From the NCBI GenBank assembly GCA_049599895.1, contig JBMYPC010000029.1:1-27828 (forward strand): a stretch of DNA of 27,828 bases. Reading direction: 5' to 3'. Made by a program: the position numbers and the translations under genes. This document shows, piece after piece, positions 17,378 to 25,729 of the stretch (the first letter of the stretch is position 1; the number at the start of each line of letters is the position of its first letter). The notes beneath the pieces were generated by a model. It was not told the origin of the DNA, ran no database searches, and saw only the letters and a list, made by a program, of their open reading frames with translations. This DNA comes from Bacteriovoracaceae bacterium (GTDB taxonomy: Bacteria > Bdellovibrionota > Bacteriovoracia > Bacteriovoracales > Bacteriovoracaceae).

Positions 17378-18104
17378 GGGCCATGTTCATATTCAAGCAA
17401 AAAACCTAGGTCATCGTTTTGATAACTCTGATAGTAGAAAAAGCCTCTTTAAAGAAATAAGCTTTGAACTTAAACTCGGAGAAATCCTTGGAATTATAGG
17501 TCCCAACGGTTCAGGAAAGAGTACCCTTCTTAAAATTATACTTGGACTTCTTTCTCCACGAGAAGGTGAAGTGACTTGGGGAGAAAAAAAAGAAAACCTT
17601 ACGATCGCTTATATCCCTCAAGCTTCGACATTTAATCATTTCTTCAAGCTTACAGTCAGAGACATTCTAAAACTTTGTTCAGTCCAAAAGTTTGACAAGG
17701 TTCTTGAAGAATTTTCTCTCACCCACCTTATCGATCAATTTTTTCATCTACTCTCCGGAGGTGAAAAACAAAGAACTCTTATGGCCATGCAAGCGTTAAG
17801 AAAACCAGACATATGGTTTCTTGATGAACCCAATAAAGGCCTAGATTCAGAAGGACAAAGTCAAATTTATCAGATGTTAAATAAAATAAGAGAGACCACA
17901 AAGGCCCCTATCTTAATCATTGATCACAATATCAATCAAACTCTTTCTCTTTGTGATCAAATTCTCTGCCTTAATCAAACAGGACATTACCATTCACCTA
18001 AAGAGTTATTAGATAAAGACCGTGTCAATAAAATGGTTCATTGTGAATTCGTCCATGGGCAAGAGTCGATCGACCAGGGCCCTATTGAGAAGGATAAATC
18101 CTAA
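17367..18104 (+). CDS. znuC: Zn/Mn ABC transporter ATP-binding protein
   Basis: Walker A GPNGSGKST, Q-loop YIPQ, signature LSGGEKQR, Walker B FLDEP, H-loop IDH. ATG 17367 overlaps the znuA end. Confidence 0.87.
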   Translation: MENKGHVHIQAKNLGHRFDNSDSRKSLFKEISFELKLGEILGIIGPNGSGKSTLLKIILGLLSPREGEVTWGEKKENLTIAYIPQASTFNHFFKLTVRDILKLCSVQKFDKVLEEFSLTHLIDQFFHLLSGGEKQRTLMAMQALRKPDIWFLDEPNKGLDSEGQSQIYQMLNKIRETTKAPILIIDHNINQTLSLCDQILCLNQTGHYHSPKELLDKDRVNKMVHCEFVHGQESIDQGPIEKDKS

Positions 18105-18937
18105 TGGAGTTTTTGGCCCTTCAAGATTTTATCCAGTACGACTTTCTCTTTCTCGCATTATTAAGTGTCATCTTTTTAAGTCTTTCAAGTGCTCTACTTT
18201 CTCCCCTTGTTGTTTCAAATGGACTCTCCTTCTATTCATCGGCTCTATCTCATTCTTGCTTTTTTGGTTTAGGTTTAGTTTATTTTTTTGCTATTGAGCC
18301 CAGTCAAATGATTATCACTGGAGTGGTCCTGGCCTTCTCTTTATTATTTGGACAAGTTCTCGCTTTTGGAACCTATCATAATAAGCTCCCTCCAGACTCC
18401 TTAATAGGCCTCTTTTTTACAGGTACAATGGGAGCAGGTGTTTTACTTCTTGAAGCCTCAAAACAAACAAGTGAGACCATTACAAGTTTTCTCTTTGGCA
18501 ATATCCTTTTAGTGGAAAATACTCTTGTGTTTTTACTTTTTGGACTTCTTATCATCGGATCAGGAGTTCTTTATTACTACCGTAAGGCCCTCCTGATGTG
18601 GAGCTGGAACTCGGAACTTTCAAAAGCAATATTGCCCAATGCTTCTTTTATTAATTCTCTTATCTATTTTTTAGTTTCTCTAAACTTAGTTTTTGGTCTT
18701 CAGGTCGCTGGTATTCTTCCTATGAGCTCCCTTCTTATTGTTCCAGGAATGTTCTCGACTCTTTATGGGACAAATTTAAAAAACCAATTTTTTTGCTCGA
18801 TTATCTTCTCTTTTCTGACATCGCTCTCAAGCCTCGTTCTTGCAAATTTCATTGATCTTTCCTTTGGACCAACTGTGGCGACTGTCCAAGTCTTGGCCTT
18901 TCTTATCACTTTAATTTTTAAGAAAATTCGAAAATAA
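18104..18937 (+). CDS. znuB: Zn/Mn ABC transporter permease (ABC-3 family)
   Basis: Multi-TM protein with ALSH, DSLIG, FLFGNIL and LLIVP. TAATG coupling to znuC. Confidence 0.87.
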   Translation: MEFLALQDFIQYDFLFLALLSVIFLSLSSALLSPLVVSNGLSFYSSALSHSCFFGLGLVYFFAIEPSQMIITGVVLAFSLLFGQVLAFGTYHNKLPPDSLIGLFFTGTMGAGVLLLEASKQTSETITSFLFGNILLVENTLVFLLFGLLIIGSGVLYYYRKALLMWSWNSELSKAILPNASFINSLIYFLVSLNLVFGLQVAGILPMSSLLIVPGMFSTLYGTNLKNQFFCSIIFSFLTSLSSLVLANFIDLSFGPTVATVQVLAFLITLIFKKIRK

Positions 18938-18946
18938 TGCTATGAT
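18938..18946 (+). promoter_or_regulatory. Extended -10 promoter TGcTATGAT, 6 nt before the GTG at 18953
   Basis: Matches TGnTAnnnT. No SD in the 15-nt intergenic gap. Confidence 0.5.
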
Positions 18947-18952
18947 AAATAA

Positions 18953-19693
18953 GTGAAAATTTTGATTCTTAGTCTCATTCTTTTTTCTTTGTCTAACCCT
19001 CTGCTGGCACAAACGCCAACGGAAGCTCAAGATAAATTCAAACCTCATATGCTTGAACACATTAACCCTGGTTGTCCAGAGAACTCAATTTGTTCAAAAG
19101 AGGTCGGTCAAAAAAGAAAAAATTGGTTAGACCTTATGGGTAAAGAAAAAAAGCTTCCCATAAGAAAGCTTAATCAGTTAGTCAAAACTCAAGGTATTCC
19201 CATTGCTGTTTTTTATCGAGGAAAAGAACCTTTAAAAAAGAAGCATATTCTGTGGGACTCTGCCTGTATAAACCATCAAAAGTCAGATCCTAAAACCTAT
19301 CTGGCCTTAAGCATCCTCTCTTCTTTTAAAAACGTTCCTCAAGATATTGCTGTTTCTAAAGCCTATCTCATAAGAAAAAATAGGCCACTTTTTTACTCTA
19401 TCCCAAGAAGAGACTTCCCCCTTTTTATAAAAGGAAATTCCCTCTATCTCAACAAAGAAGAATCGGGAAAGTACTATGGTCTCAAAATAGGTTTAAAAGG
19501 CCAATTTAGTGTTGTCCCTCCCATTCAAACTGAAATGTTTCCATCTGCCACTCAATGTCCTCAAGAGCTTATGGAAGTGTTTCAAAAAGATGATAGTAAT
19601 ATCAATCTCTTCGATAAGGTCGCCTGTTACAGGCTTTGGAACTTTGATCTTAAAAAGATGGAAACCATTCTTCTAGGTAATTACTGCCGGTAA
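18953..19693 (+). CDS. Exported hypothetical protein (basic, 6 Cys)
   Basis: 246-aa ORF. Signal peptide MKILILSLILFSLSNPLLA and a CPENSIC motif. Confidence 0.8.
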   Translation: MKILILSLILFSLSNPLLAQTPTEAQDKFKPHMLEHINPGCPENSICSKEVGQKRKNWLDLMGKEKKLPIRKLNQLVKTQGIPIAVFYRGKEPLKKKHILWDSACINHQKSDPKTYLALSILSSFKNVPQDIAVSKAYLIRKNRPLFYSIPRRDFPLFIKGNSLYLNKEESGKYYGLKIGLKGQFSVVPPIQTEMFPSATQCPQELMEVFQKDDSNINLFDKVACYRLWNFDLKKMETILLGNYCR

Positions 19694-19824
19694 AATCTTC
19701 CTAAATTTTTGCTTTTTCTTTTAAGTATTCATCAGCTCATCAATCTGACGAAAAGATGTATGAGTCGTCTCTCGTAATGAGGCGCTCATGAATCTTACGA
19801 TGAAAAGTCGAAAGGAATTAAGAA

Positions 19825-20745
19825 ATGGCAAAATTATCTTTAAAGCTCTTAATTATTACAACTTTTACCCTTAGCGGTTGCTCTTCAAGCTTCAAGCGAC
19901 CAGAGAGCATTCAAGCTAAGATGAGTCGCTATCAATCAAAGCTCGCTAAAACAAATGTTGTCCCCGATATTCCTTATCAAAAATCAACCTGGAATCAATT
20001 TGCTGGAACTTATTCTTCAACTCAAGGTACTTCAACAGGAAGAGCTCCCGCTTCAATTCCCCAAAGTTCACAAACAAGACTGAACTATTCAAGCCGAAAA
20101 CTTTACTTCTTCACACTTTGGTCACAATACAAAATGATGACAAAGATCACTCAACTCGAGAATGCACCAAAGCTTAAAAGCTGCCCAAAGTTTCATTCAA
20201 GTTTCATTGATAAGTCTTGGAAATCTCAAAATCTAATGGTTGAAAAAAGAACTCAAAATATCAACTGGGGTGAGGCTTCAAAAAACTATCAAAGTCTTTT
20301 CCCTGAAGTGTCTTTACCTATTACAACTGAGTACACTCATCCAAAGGTAAAAGATTCAGAAATAATTAAAAAAGATCCCAAGCAGTACAAAGAAACTGTG
20401 AAAAAAGCATTTAATATTCACCTCGCAAAGCTTTTTTCTGAACTTGAACAACTTTGTGAAAGCGGAAATAGCGACAACTACTATGCTTTTCAAAATCTTT
20501 TACAGCATACTCAAAATGAGCCATTTAAACTGAAACCTAATGAGCTCGCTTTTATAATGAAAACATCGATTTTTACAAATCACTTTCTTCTCACTTCTAT
20601 CGGACAATACGGAAGCATTGAGAGAAATTCAAAGTATAATCTTCTTCTCAGTGAAATCTATGAAAGACTTGGATCAGATTGGCCAAGAGGCTACTTTTCA
20701 AAGCTAAAAACTGAACAAATGAGAGTTCTTTCGAGCTGGAAGTAA
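19825..20745 (+). CDS. Hypothetical lipoprotein containing an RAPAS motif
   Basis: 306 aa. SD AAGGA, lipobox LSG-C, Ser/Thr-rich linker with GRAPAS. Confidence 0.8.
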   Translation: MAKLSLKLLIITTFTLSGCSSSFKRPESIQAKMSRYQSKLAKTNVVPDIPYQKSTWNQFAGTYSSTQGTSTGRAPASIPQSSQTRLNYSSRKLYFFTLWSQYKMMTKITQLENAPKLKSCPKFHSSFIDKSWKSQNLMVEKRTQNINWGEASKNYQSLFPEVSLPITTEYTHPKVKDSEIIKKDPKQYKETVKKAFNIHLAKLFSELEQLCESGNSDNYYAFQNLLQHTQNEPFKLKPNELAFIMKTSIFTNHFLLTSIGQYGSIERNSKYNLLLSEIYERLGSDWPRGYFSKLKTEQMRVLSSWK

Positions 20746-20752
20746 GTGAAAC

Positions 20753-21889
20753 TTAAAGATCTAGGATATAAAGTCTGTAGCGAGATGAAAGAAGTGCTAA
20801 CTTATCATCAAAGCTTACCAGATCCCCAAAGATAGCTGATTGATCGTGACCAAATTCATGGGTTCGCTTCACCGAAAGACTTGAAGGATCAACTTCAAGA
20901 AGTCTTCCATCGAGAGTGGCAAGGTAAAGAAGCTCTTTTGTAAAAGCAATATCCCCTAATGCCCTTTTACTCACACTCAACTCTTTTGAAGTTGTAAGGT
21001 CTGCTTCAAACCTTATGAGTCTTCCGTCTGTGGTTCCAAAATAGAGCTTTCCTTCATGGATGACAGGAGCTCTTGAAATGGCAAAATCAAGAGTCCTTAG
21101 AACAACTCCATTTTTAGGATTAAGAATACTAACCTTACCATCCATGGAACCTGTAATGAGTCTGTTTCTAAAAAGAACAGGTGAAGCATCAACGTCCACA
21201 AACTTTAAACCACGGCTAAGCTTTCTCTCCCAAACAAGACTTCCATCTTCAACGTTGAAACAAACAATATTCGCATCGGCAAAACCGACATAGAGTTTTT
21301 TTCCCACAACCAGCGGAGTTGAAACTCTTTGAATAGTAGTTAAATAAGGAACTGAACGACGATAGGCCCAAAGAATCTTTCCTGTCTCTGCATCAAGTGA
21401 GAACACTTTATGATTTCTGAGTTGGAAAAAAAGTCTTCCCCCTGCGATAACTCCGGGAGATTCAATGGCAGTATCGAGATCAACCTTATACTTAAGTTTC
21501 CCTGAAAGATAATGTCTAGCGACAACTCGTCCTTCAACTGTTCCATAAATGATGGTGTCTTTGTGAAAAATAGGCTTTTGGTGAAAATGACCGTTTTCTT
21601 TTATTTTCCAGATCGGTCGACCATTTTCAAGTTCAAAGGCTTCAAGAAAACCGTCCCCTGTTCCAACAAAAAGGATCCCCTTGTGAACATTGGGTGAATT
21701 GAGAGCAATGGGAAAATTCCCTGTATCATAGACTGGGTCAAGATTTCGTGACCAAGCAATTCGAAACTCATCTTTTTTCTGAAAAGTATGCTTTCGATCA
21801 GGTGTATCCAATGTCTGTTCCACCATTGAACAAGACATTAAAAAAACGAATAGAGAAACCAGGGATAAGGTTTTTTTCACAATCATCAC
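20753..21889 (-). CDS. bamB: Outer-membrane assembly lipoprotein BamB (PQQ-type beta-propeller)
   Basis: Lipobox LMS-C. Repeated PQQ blades (AFELENGRPIW, SLDAETGKILW, FNVEDGSLVW) and VDVDASP. Follows a yfgM-like gene. Confidence 0.85.
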   Translation of the reverse strand: MMIVKKTLSLVSLFVFLMSCSMVEQTLDTPDRKHTFQKKDEFRIAWSRNLDPVYDTGNFPIALNSPNVHKGILFVGTGDGFLEAFELENGRPIWKIKENGHFHQKPIFHKDTIIYGTVEGRVVARHYLSGKLKYKVDLDTAIESPGVIAGGRLFFQLRNHKVFSLDAETGKILWAYRRSVPYLTTIQRVSTPLVVGKKLYVGFADANIVCFNVEDGSLVWERKLSRGLKFVDVDASPVLFRNRLITGSMDGKVSILNPKNGVVLRTLDFAISRAPVIHEGKLYFGTTDGRLIRFEADLTTSKELSVSKRALGDIAFTKELLYLATLDGRLLEVDPSSLSVKRTHEFGHDQSAIFGDLVSFDDKLALLSSRYRLYILDL

Positions 21890-21893
21890 TTCT

Positions 21894-22580
21894 TTATTTT
21901 GAACTTTTCGCTTTAATCTCTTCTAAATAAATTTGAGCGAGTCTTACAAACTCTTCTTGTCTCACCTCTTTAGTCTCTGTGAGAAGTTTTAAAACTTTCT
22001 CCGCTTCAGCAAGCTTACCAAGTTTTAAATTGAGTCTTCCTTTATCAAGGAAAACCTTCTCTTCAAGTAACATTGAAGCCTGAGGTGACATTTTATTAAG
22101 CTCCTGAAGTGCCTCTTGCATTTTTCCTTGATCTTCAAGGACTTCAGCTTTTCTGTTTCGGTAGAAAAACTCTCTGTAAGGATTTTTCTTAAACTCTTGA
22201 AGACTTAATACAGCCTCAGCAGACTTAAGGTCCTCAAGTTTCTCAAAGCGATCAGCCAAACGTATCATTAAAGGAAGTAAACTTGGATCAGACTTTACTA
22301 TACCGTGAAGCTTTTTAAGCTCTGTCAGAACTTCCTCTGCAGCAACTTTTTTATCTCTTAAAGGTGCATAATATTTTTGTTCAAAATCATAAATAAGCTG
22401 AGCATTGTGGGCCAAGCCTTTTTTCTTCTGTTCATTCAAGATTCCATAACCAAAAATTCCAACAATAAGAACCACGACAAGACCAATAACAAGGTATCGG
22501 TTTTTCGCAATAAAAGCCCCTAGGGCAGTTCCATTTAAAGCCTCTGCTACAGCGTCATTTGAGTTATCTTGGCCACTCAT
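21894..22580 (-). CDS. yfgM: YfgM-like membrane-anchored TPR protein (ancillary SecYEG subunit)
   Basis: Single N-terminal TM segment (YLVIGLVVVLIVGIFGYGIL) followed by TPR-like helices. yfgM-bamB synteny. SD GAGG. Confidence 0.7.
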   Translation of the reverse strand: MSGQDNSNDAVAEALNGTALGAFIAKNRYLVIGLVVVLIVGIFGYGILNEQKKKGLAHNAQLIYDFEQKYYAPLRDKKVAAEEVLTELKKLHGIVKSDPSLLPLMIRLADRFEKLEDLKSAEAVLSLQEFKKNPYREFFYRNRKAEVLEDQGKMQEALQELNKMSPQASMLLEEKVFLDKGRLNLKLGKLAEAEKVLKLLTETKEVRQEEFVRLAQIYLEEIKAKSSK

Positions 22581-22781
22581 AAAAAATCCTCTTAACTAAT
22601 TAAAATTATGAAAACTTATTCTACATGGCCTCCATAGGAAAGAGAACCTTTTTTGTCCAAGCATTGCGTTACAAAATTTTAAAAAGAATTCTTTAGAACT
22701 CAGTGCACAAATTCAAAAACTTGTTCTCTTGAAAAGAATCATGACATAATAGACAAAACATCTAACTTGGGGAAATCAAGG

Positions 22782-23270
22782 ATGAAACCCTGCAAAAAGA
22801 TTGCTCTTTTAACTCTGCTCGTATTTATGTCAAGTAGTGCACTGGCCATTAACCGAGTAAGCCGTCTAGGCCTTGGATATACTGGCCAATTCGCTACTGG
22901 ACTAGATGCAATATCGTTTAAAATTCACAAATCGCGAAACTCAGCTTTTGGTGGAGCCTTTGGCTACAACTCAAATGACACTGGAGGTTACGCTGGTGGG
23001 CTTAAGTTTTACCGAAACTTTTTCGAAGAACCTCAACTTCATTTTTACGGAGCGGCCTTCGCTGGTTTACTCAACCAGAAATATTCAAATGGAGAGAGTG
23101 AAACCGGTTTTCAAATCGATGTCACTCTCGGCGCGGAATTTCATTTCGTCGGACTTGATTCTCTGGCCTTTAGTGTAGAGACGGGTGTCTCAGCACACAA
23201 GGTCTCTGACTTTGAATTTGGAACAACTGGAAGTCAATTTATTATTGGCTCATTTCACTTCTACCTATAG
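22782..23270 (+). CDS. Small outer-membrane beta-barrel protein (about 8 strands)
   Basis: Signal peptide ends in ALA. Gly/aromatic alternating strands and a C-terminal beta-signal GSFHFYL. ORF extends to TTG 22767. Confidence 0.75.
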   Translation: MKPCKKIALLTLLVFMSSSALAINRVSRLGLGYTGQFATGLDAISFKIHKSRNSAFGGAFGYNSNDTGGYAGGLKFYRNFFEEPQLHFYGAAFAGLLNQKYSNGESETGFQIDVTLGAEFHFVGLDSLAFSVETGVSAHKVSDFEFGTTGSQFIIGSFHFYL

Positions 23271-23285
23271 GTGATAAAAGAAAGT

Positions 23286-24074
23286 ATGAGATTAACGACA
23301 ATTTTAAGCTTACTCACTTTCATTGCACTTTCGATGCAAACTTTTACATCCCAAAAAGCTTACGCCCAAAATTCATTTGATGAATACTATGAAGATGATG
23401 ATCTCAATATTGGTGGGGACATCTTTAACGACTTCAATGAAGATCTTGAATCCAGCCAAATTCTTGAAGACGAACGGTTTTATCGATACGGAAGATTCTT
23501 TTCTTTTCAAATTGGAGTTGGGGTCACAACCTTTTCAGGCAATCGAGGCGCAGCCTACGATAATGATCCTCCATCCTATCAATTAGGTTATAATTATTTT
23601 TTAGACTTTAATTCCTCATTCGGAATCGGTGTCGCCTTTTCAAGACATAGTATGTTTTTTGAGAGCCGAACTGATGGCTCGGGTGCTGAACCCTATGGTT
23701 TTGTTGATGTGAATCAGCTAAGAGTTTACTTTAGTTATAGGTTCTATATCGATACATCAAACCTTGGTACGGCCATTACTTGGTCAAACCCCTATTTCAT
23801 TGGAAGGCTCGAATATTGGTATACGACTAATAAGTATATCGATAGACCAGATCTTGCTGATGACACCGGCGGAGGCCTTGGCTCAGGCTTAGGTTTCGGT
23901 CTCGAGTTTCCTCTTAAACTTAAAGAGCGCTATATCAACCTTGAGTTTCTCTTTCATTCAGTGAACTTCTTTGACAAGTTCACTGATGACTTTGGCCCTG
24001 ATGAAGGTGTCGGCTATAACGATCTCTCCGGCAACGCCTATAGCACAATGGTATCCTACGTCTTCAGCTGGTAA
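23286..24074 (+). CDS. Outer-membrane beta-barrel protein with an acidic N-terminal region
   Basis: Signal peptide ends in AYA. Amphipathic strands (FSFQIGVG, GLGFGLEF) and C-terminal VSYVFSW. ORF extends to GTG 23271. Confidence 0.75.
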   Translation: MRLTTILSLLTFIALSMQTFTSQKAYAQNSFDEYYEDDDLNIGGDIFNDFNEDLESSQILEDERFYRYGRFFSFQIGVGVTTFSGNRGAAYDNDPPSYQLGYNYFLDFNSSFGIGVAFSRHSMFFESRTDGSGAEPYGFVDVNQLRVYFSYRFYIDTSNLGTAITWSNPYFIGRLEYWYTTNKYIDRPDLADDTGGGLGSGLGFGLEFPLKLKERYINLEFLFHSVNFFDKFTDDFGPDEGVGYNDLSGNAYSTMVSYVFSW

Positions 24075-24076
24075 GA

Positions 24077-25729
24077 TTACTTCATCTTTCGATTAAGATC
24101 TGAGTTTGATCTAAAAATCACATGAACAGGCGTATTTTGATATCCAAAATAATTTCTTAAATTATTCTGTAAATACTTTTTATAGTTCGATGTAATCCCT
24201 TTAGAACCATTAGCAAATAATAAAAATGTCGGCGGATCATTTTTTACTAAACTCGCATACTTCACTCTAAAGTATTTCCCTCGAGACTTTTGAATCATAA
24301 GCGGATGTTGATCAACTAAATGCTGAACAAGCTGATTAAGTTCAGCCGTAGGCACTTTCTTTTGGCGAATAAGAATCGTCTCTTTAAGAGTCCCTCTTAA
24401 GCTATCAATTCCCTTACCTGTTTTTGCAGACATGGTAACAATCTGACAGAAATCGAGCCATGGAATTTTAACCCTCAAGTTTTTAAGCCAAACCTGTCGG
24501 TCCCCTCTTTCAGAGAATGTCGTTTCAACAAGATCAAACTTATTCATACAGATGATAACAGACTTACCTTTTTCAAAAGCAACATCAAGAAGCCTTCTGT
24601 CTTGATGAGTAATTCCCTTTTCTGAATCAACAAGAAAGAGAATCACATCAGACTCTGAAATACATCTTAGGGCACGATAAACCGATTGAGACTCAACAAA
24701 TTCTTTAACATGACTTTGCTTTCGAATACCAGCTGTATCAATGAGATGGACCGAACGTCTGGTCTCTCCATTAGTCGGTTCTTGAACTTCTTCTGTTTCA
24801 AAATTGGGAAGCTCCCCTTCAAAGTTCTCTGGGTCCTCTTGGAAGGCCTTAAGTTTTTCATACTCTTGGATGAGTTGTTTATCCTTAACAAGGTGTCTTC
24901 TTTTATTTTCTAAACTATGAGCTTTTTTTCCAAAATCGAGAGAGAAGTATCCATCAATGGGATCAGCAGTTGTTCCAGAAATAGGTGTTACTAGTGCTCG
25001 GTTTGCTCCAAGAAGATGATTAAGAAGAGTTGACTTACCAGCATTTGGAGCTCCAATAATAGAAACTCTTGCCACAACATCATGCTCAGGTCTTAATCCT
25101 TTTTGAAGACCTAAAGATCCCTCTAAAGACTCTTGTTCTTGATTTCGAATCTCAGTAATTTCACTAAGAATATCGAGCATACTGTTTTTTAGACTTCCGA
25201 AGCCACGCCCATGACTGGCCGAAAGTGAGAACATCTGAAACTCATCAACACCAAGTTCGTAAAATGAAAGTTCATCTCCATCTTGTTTTGAAGAGTCGAG
25301 CTTATTCACAAGCAGTAAAAATGGCTTTCCAGAAGTCATTAACTCGTCAATAATACTTTGATCAGCAGGAAGAGGGCCTTCTCGACCATCAACAACTAAA
25401 AGGACAAGATCAGACTCTTTGATTGCTTCACGAGCATGGTCTTTCATTTTATCAAAAAAGACATCGACTTTTTTGACTTCCTCAACTTGCGAGTTTTGAA
25501 GATCTGGATAAAACCCCCCCGTATCAACGAGAACAACTTCAAATTCTTCATCTTCTCTAAGCCCTTCCCATGTTACAAGTCCGTAATGACGGTCTCTCGT
25601 CACACCAGGTTTATCAAAGGTGATGGCCTTATGCTGTCTTTCCATAAGACGATTAAAAATAGTACTTTTTCCAGTATTCGGTCTTCCAATTAAGGAAATG
25701 ACGAAATGATTTTTCTTTGTCTGGCTCAT
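24077..25729 (-). CDS. der: Ribosome biogenesis GTPase Der (EngA), with an insertion in GD2
   Basis: Two G domains (GRPNTGKS/VTRD/DTGG/NKLD and GAPNAGKS/GTTAD/DTAG/NKFD) and a KH-like C-terminus (PPTF..F, NTPV). ATGA overlap with era at 25726-25729, SD GGAG. Confidence 0.96.
   Translation of the reverse strand: MSQTKKNHFVISLIGRPNTGKSTIFNRLMERQHKAITFDKPGVTRDRHYGLVTWEGLREDEEFEVVLVDTGGFYPDLQNSQVEEVKKVDVFFDKMKDHAREAIKESDLVLLVVDGREGPLPADQSIIDELMTSGKPFLLLVNKLDSSKQDGDELSFYELGVDEFQMFSLSASHGRGFGSLKNSMLDILSEITEIRNQEQESLEGSLGLQKGLRPEHDVVARVSIIGAPNAGKSTLLNHLLGANRALVTPISGTTADPIDGYFSLDFGKKAHSLENKRRHLVKDKQLIQEYEKLKAFQEDPENFEGELPNFETEEVQEPTNGETRRSVHLIDTAGIRKQSHVKEFVESQSVYRALRCISESDVILFLVDSEKGITHQDRRLLDVAFEKGKSVIICMNKFDLVETTFSERGDRQVWLKNLRVKIPWLDFCQIVTMSAKTGKGIDSLRGTLKETILIRQKKVPTAELNQLVQHLVDQHPLMIQKSRGKYFRVKYASLVKNDPPTFLLFANGSKGITSNYKKYLQNNLRNYFGYQNTPVHVIFRSNSDLNRKMK

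Noticed and set aside
19745..19812. Hammerhead ribozyme (CTGACGA...GAAA)
   Set aside because: Stem II cannot close directly between CTGACGA and either GAAA, and no matching stems I/III were found.
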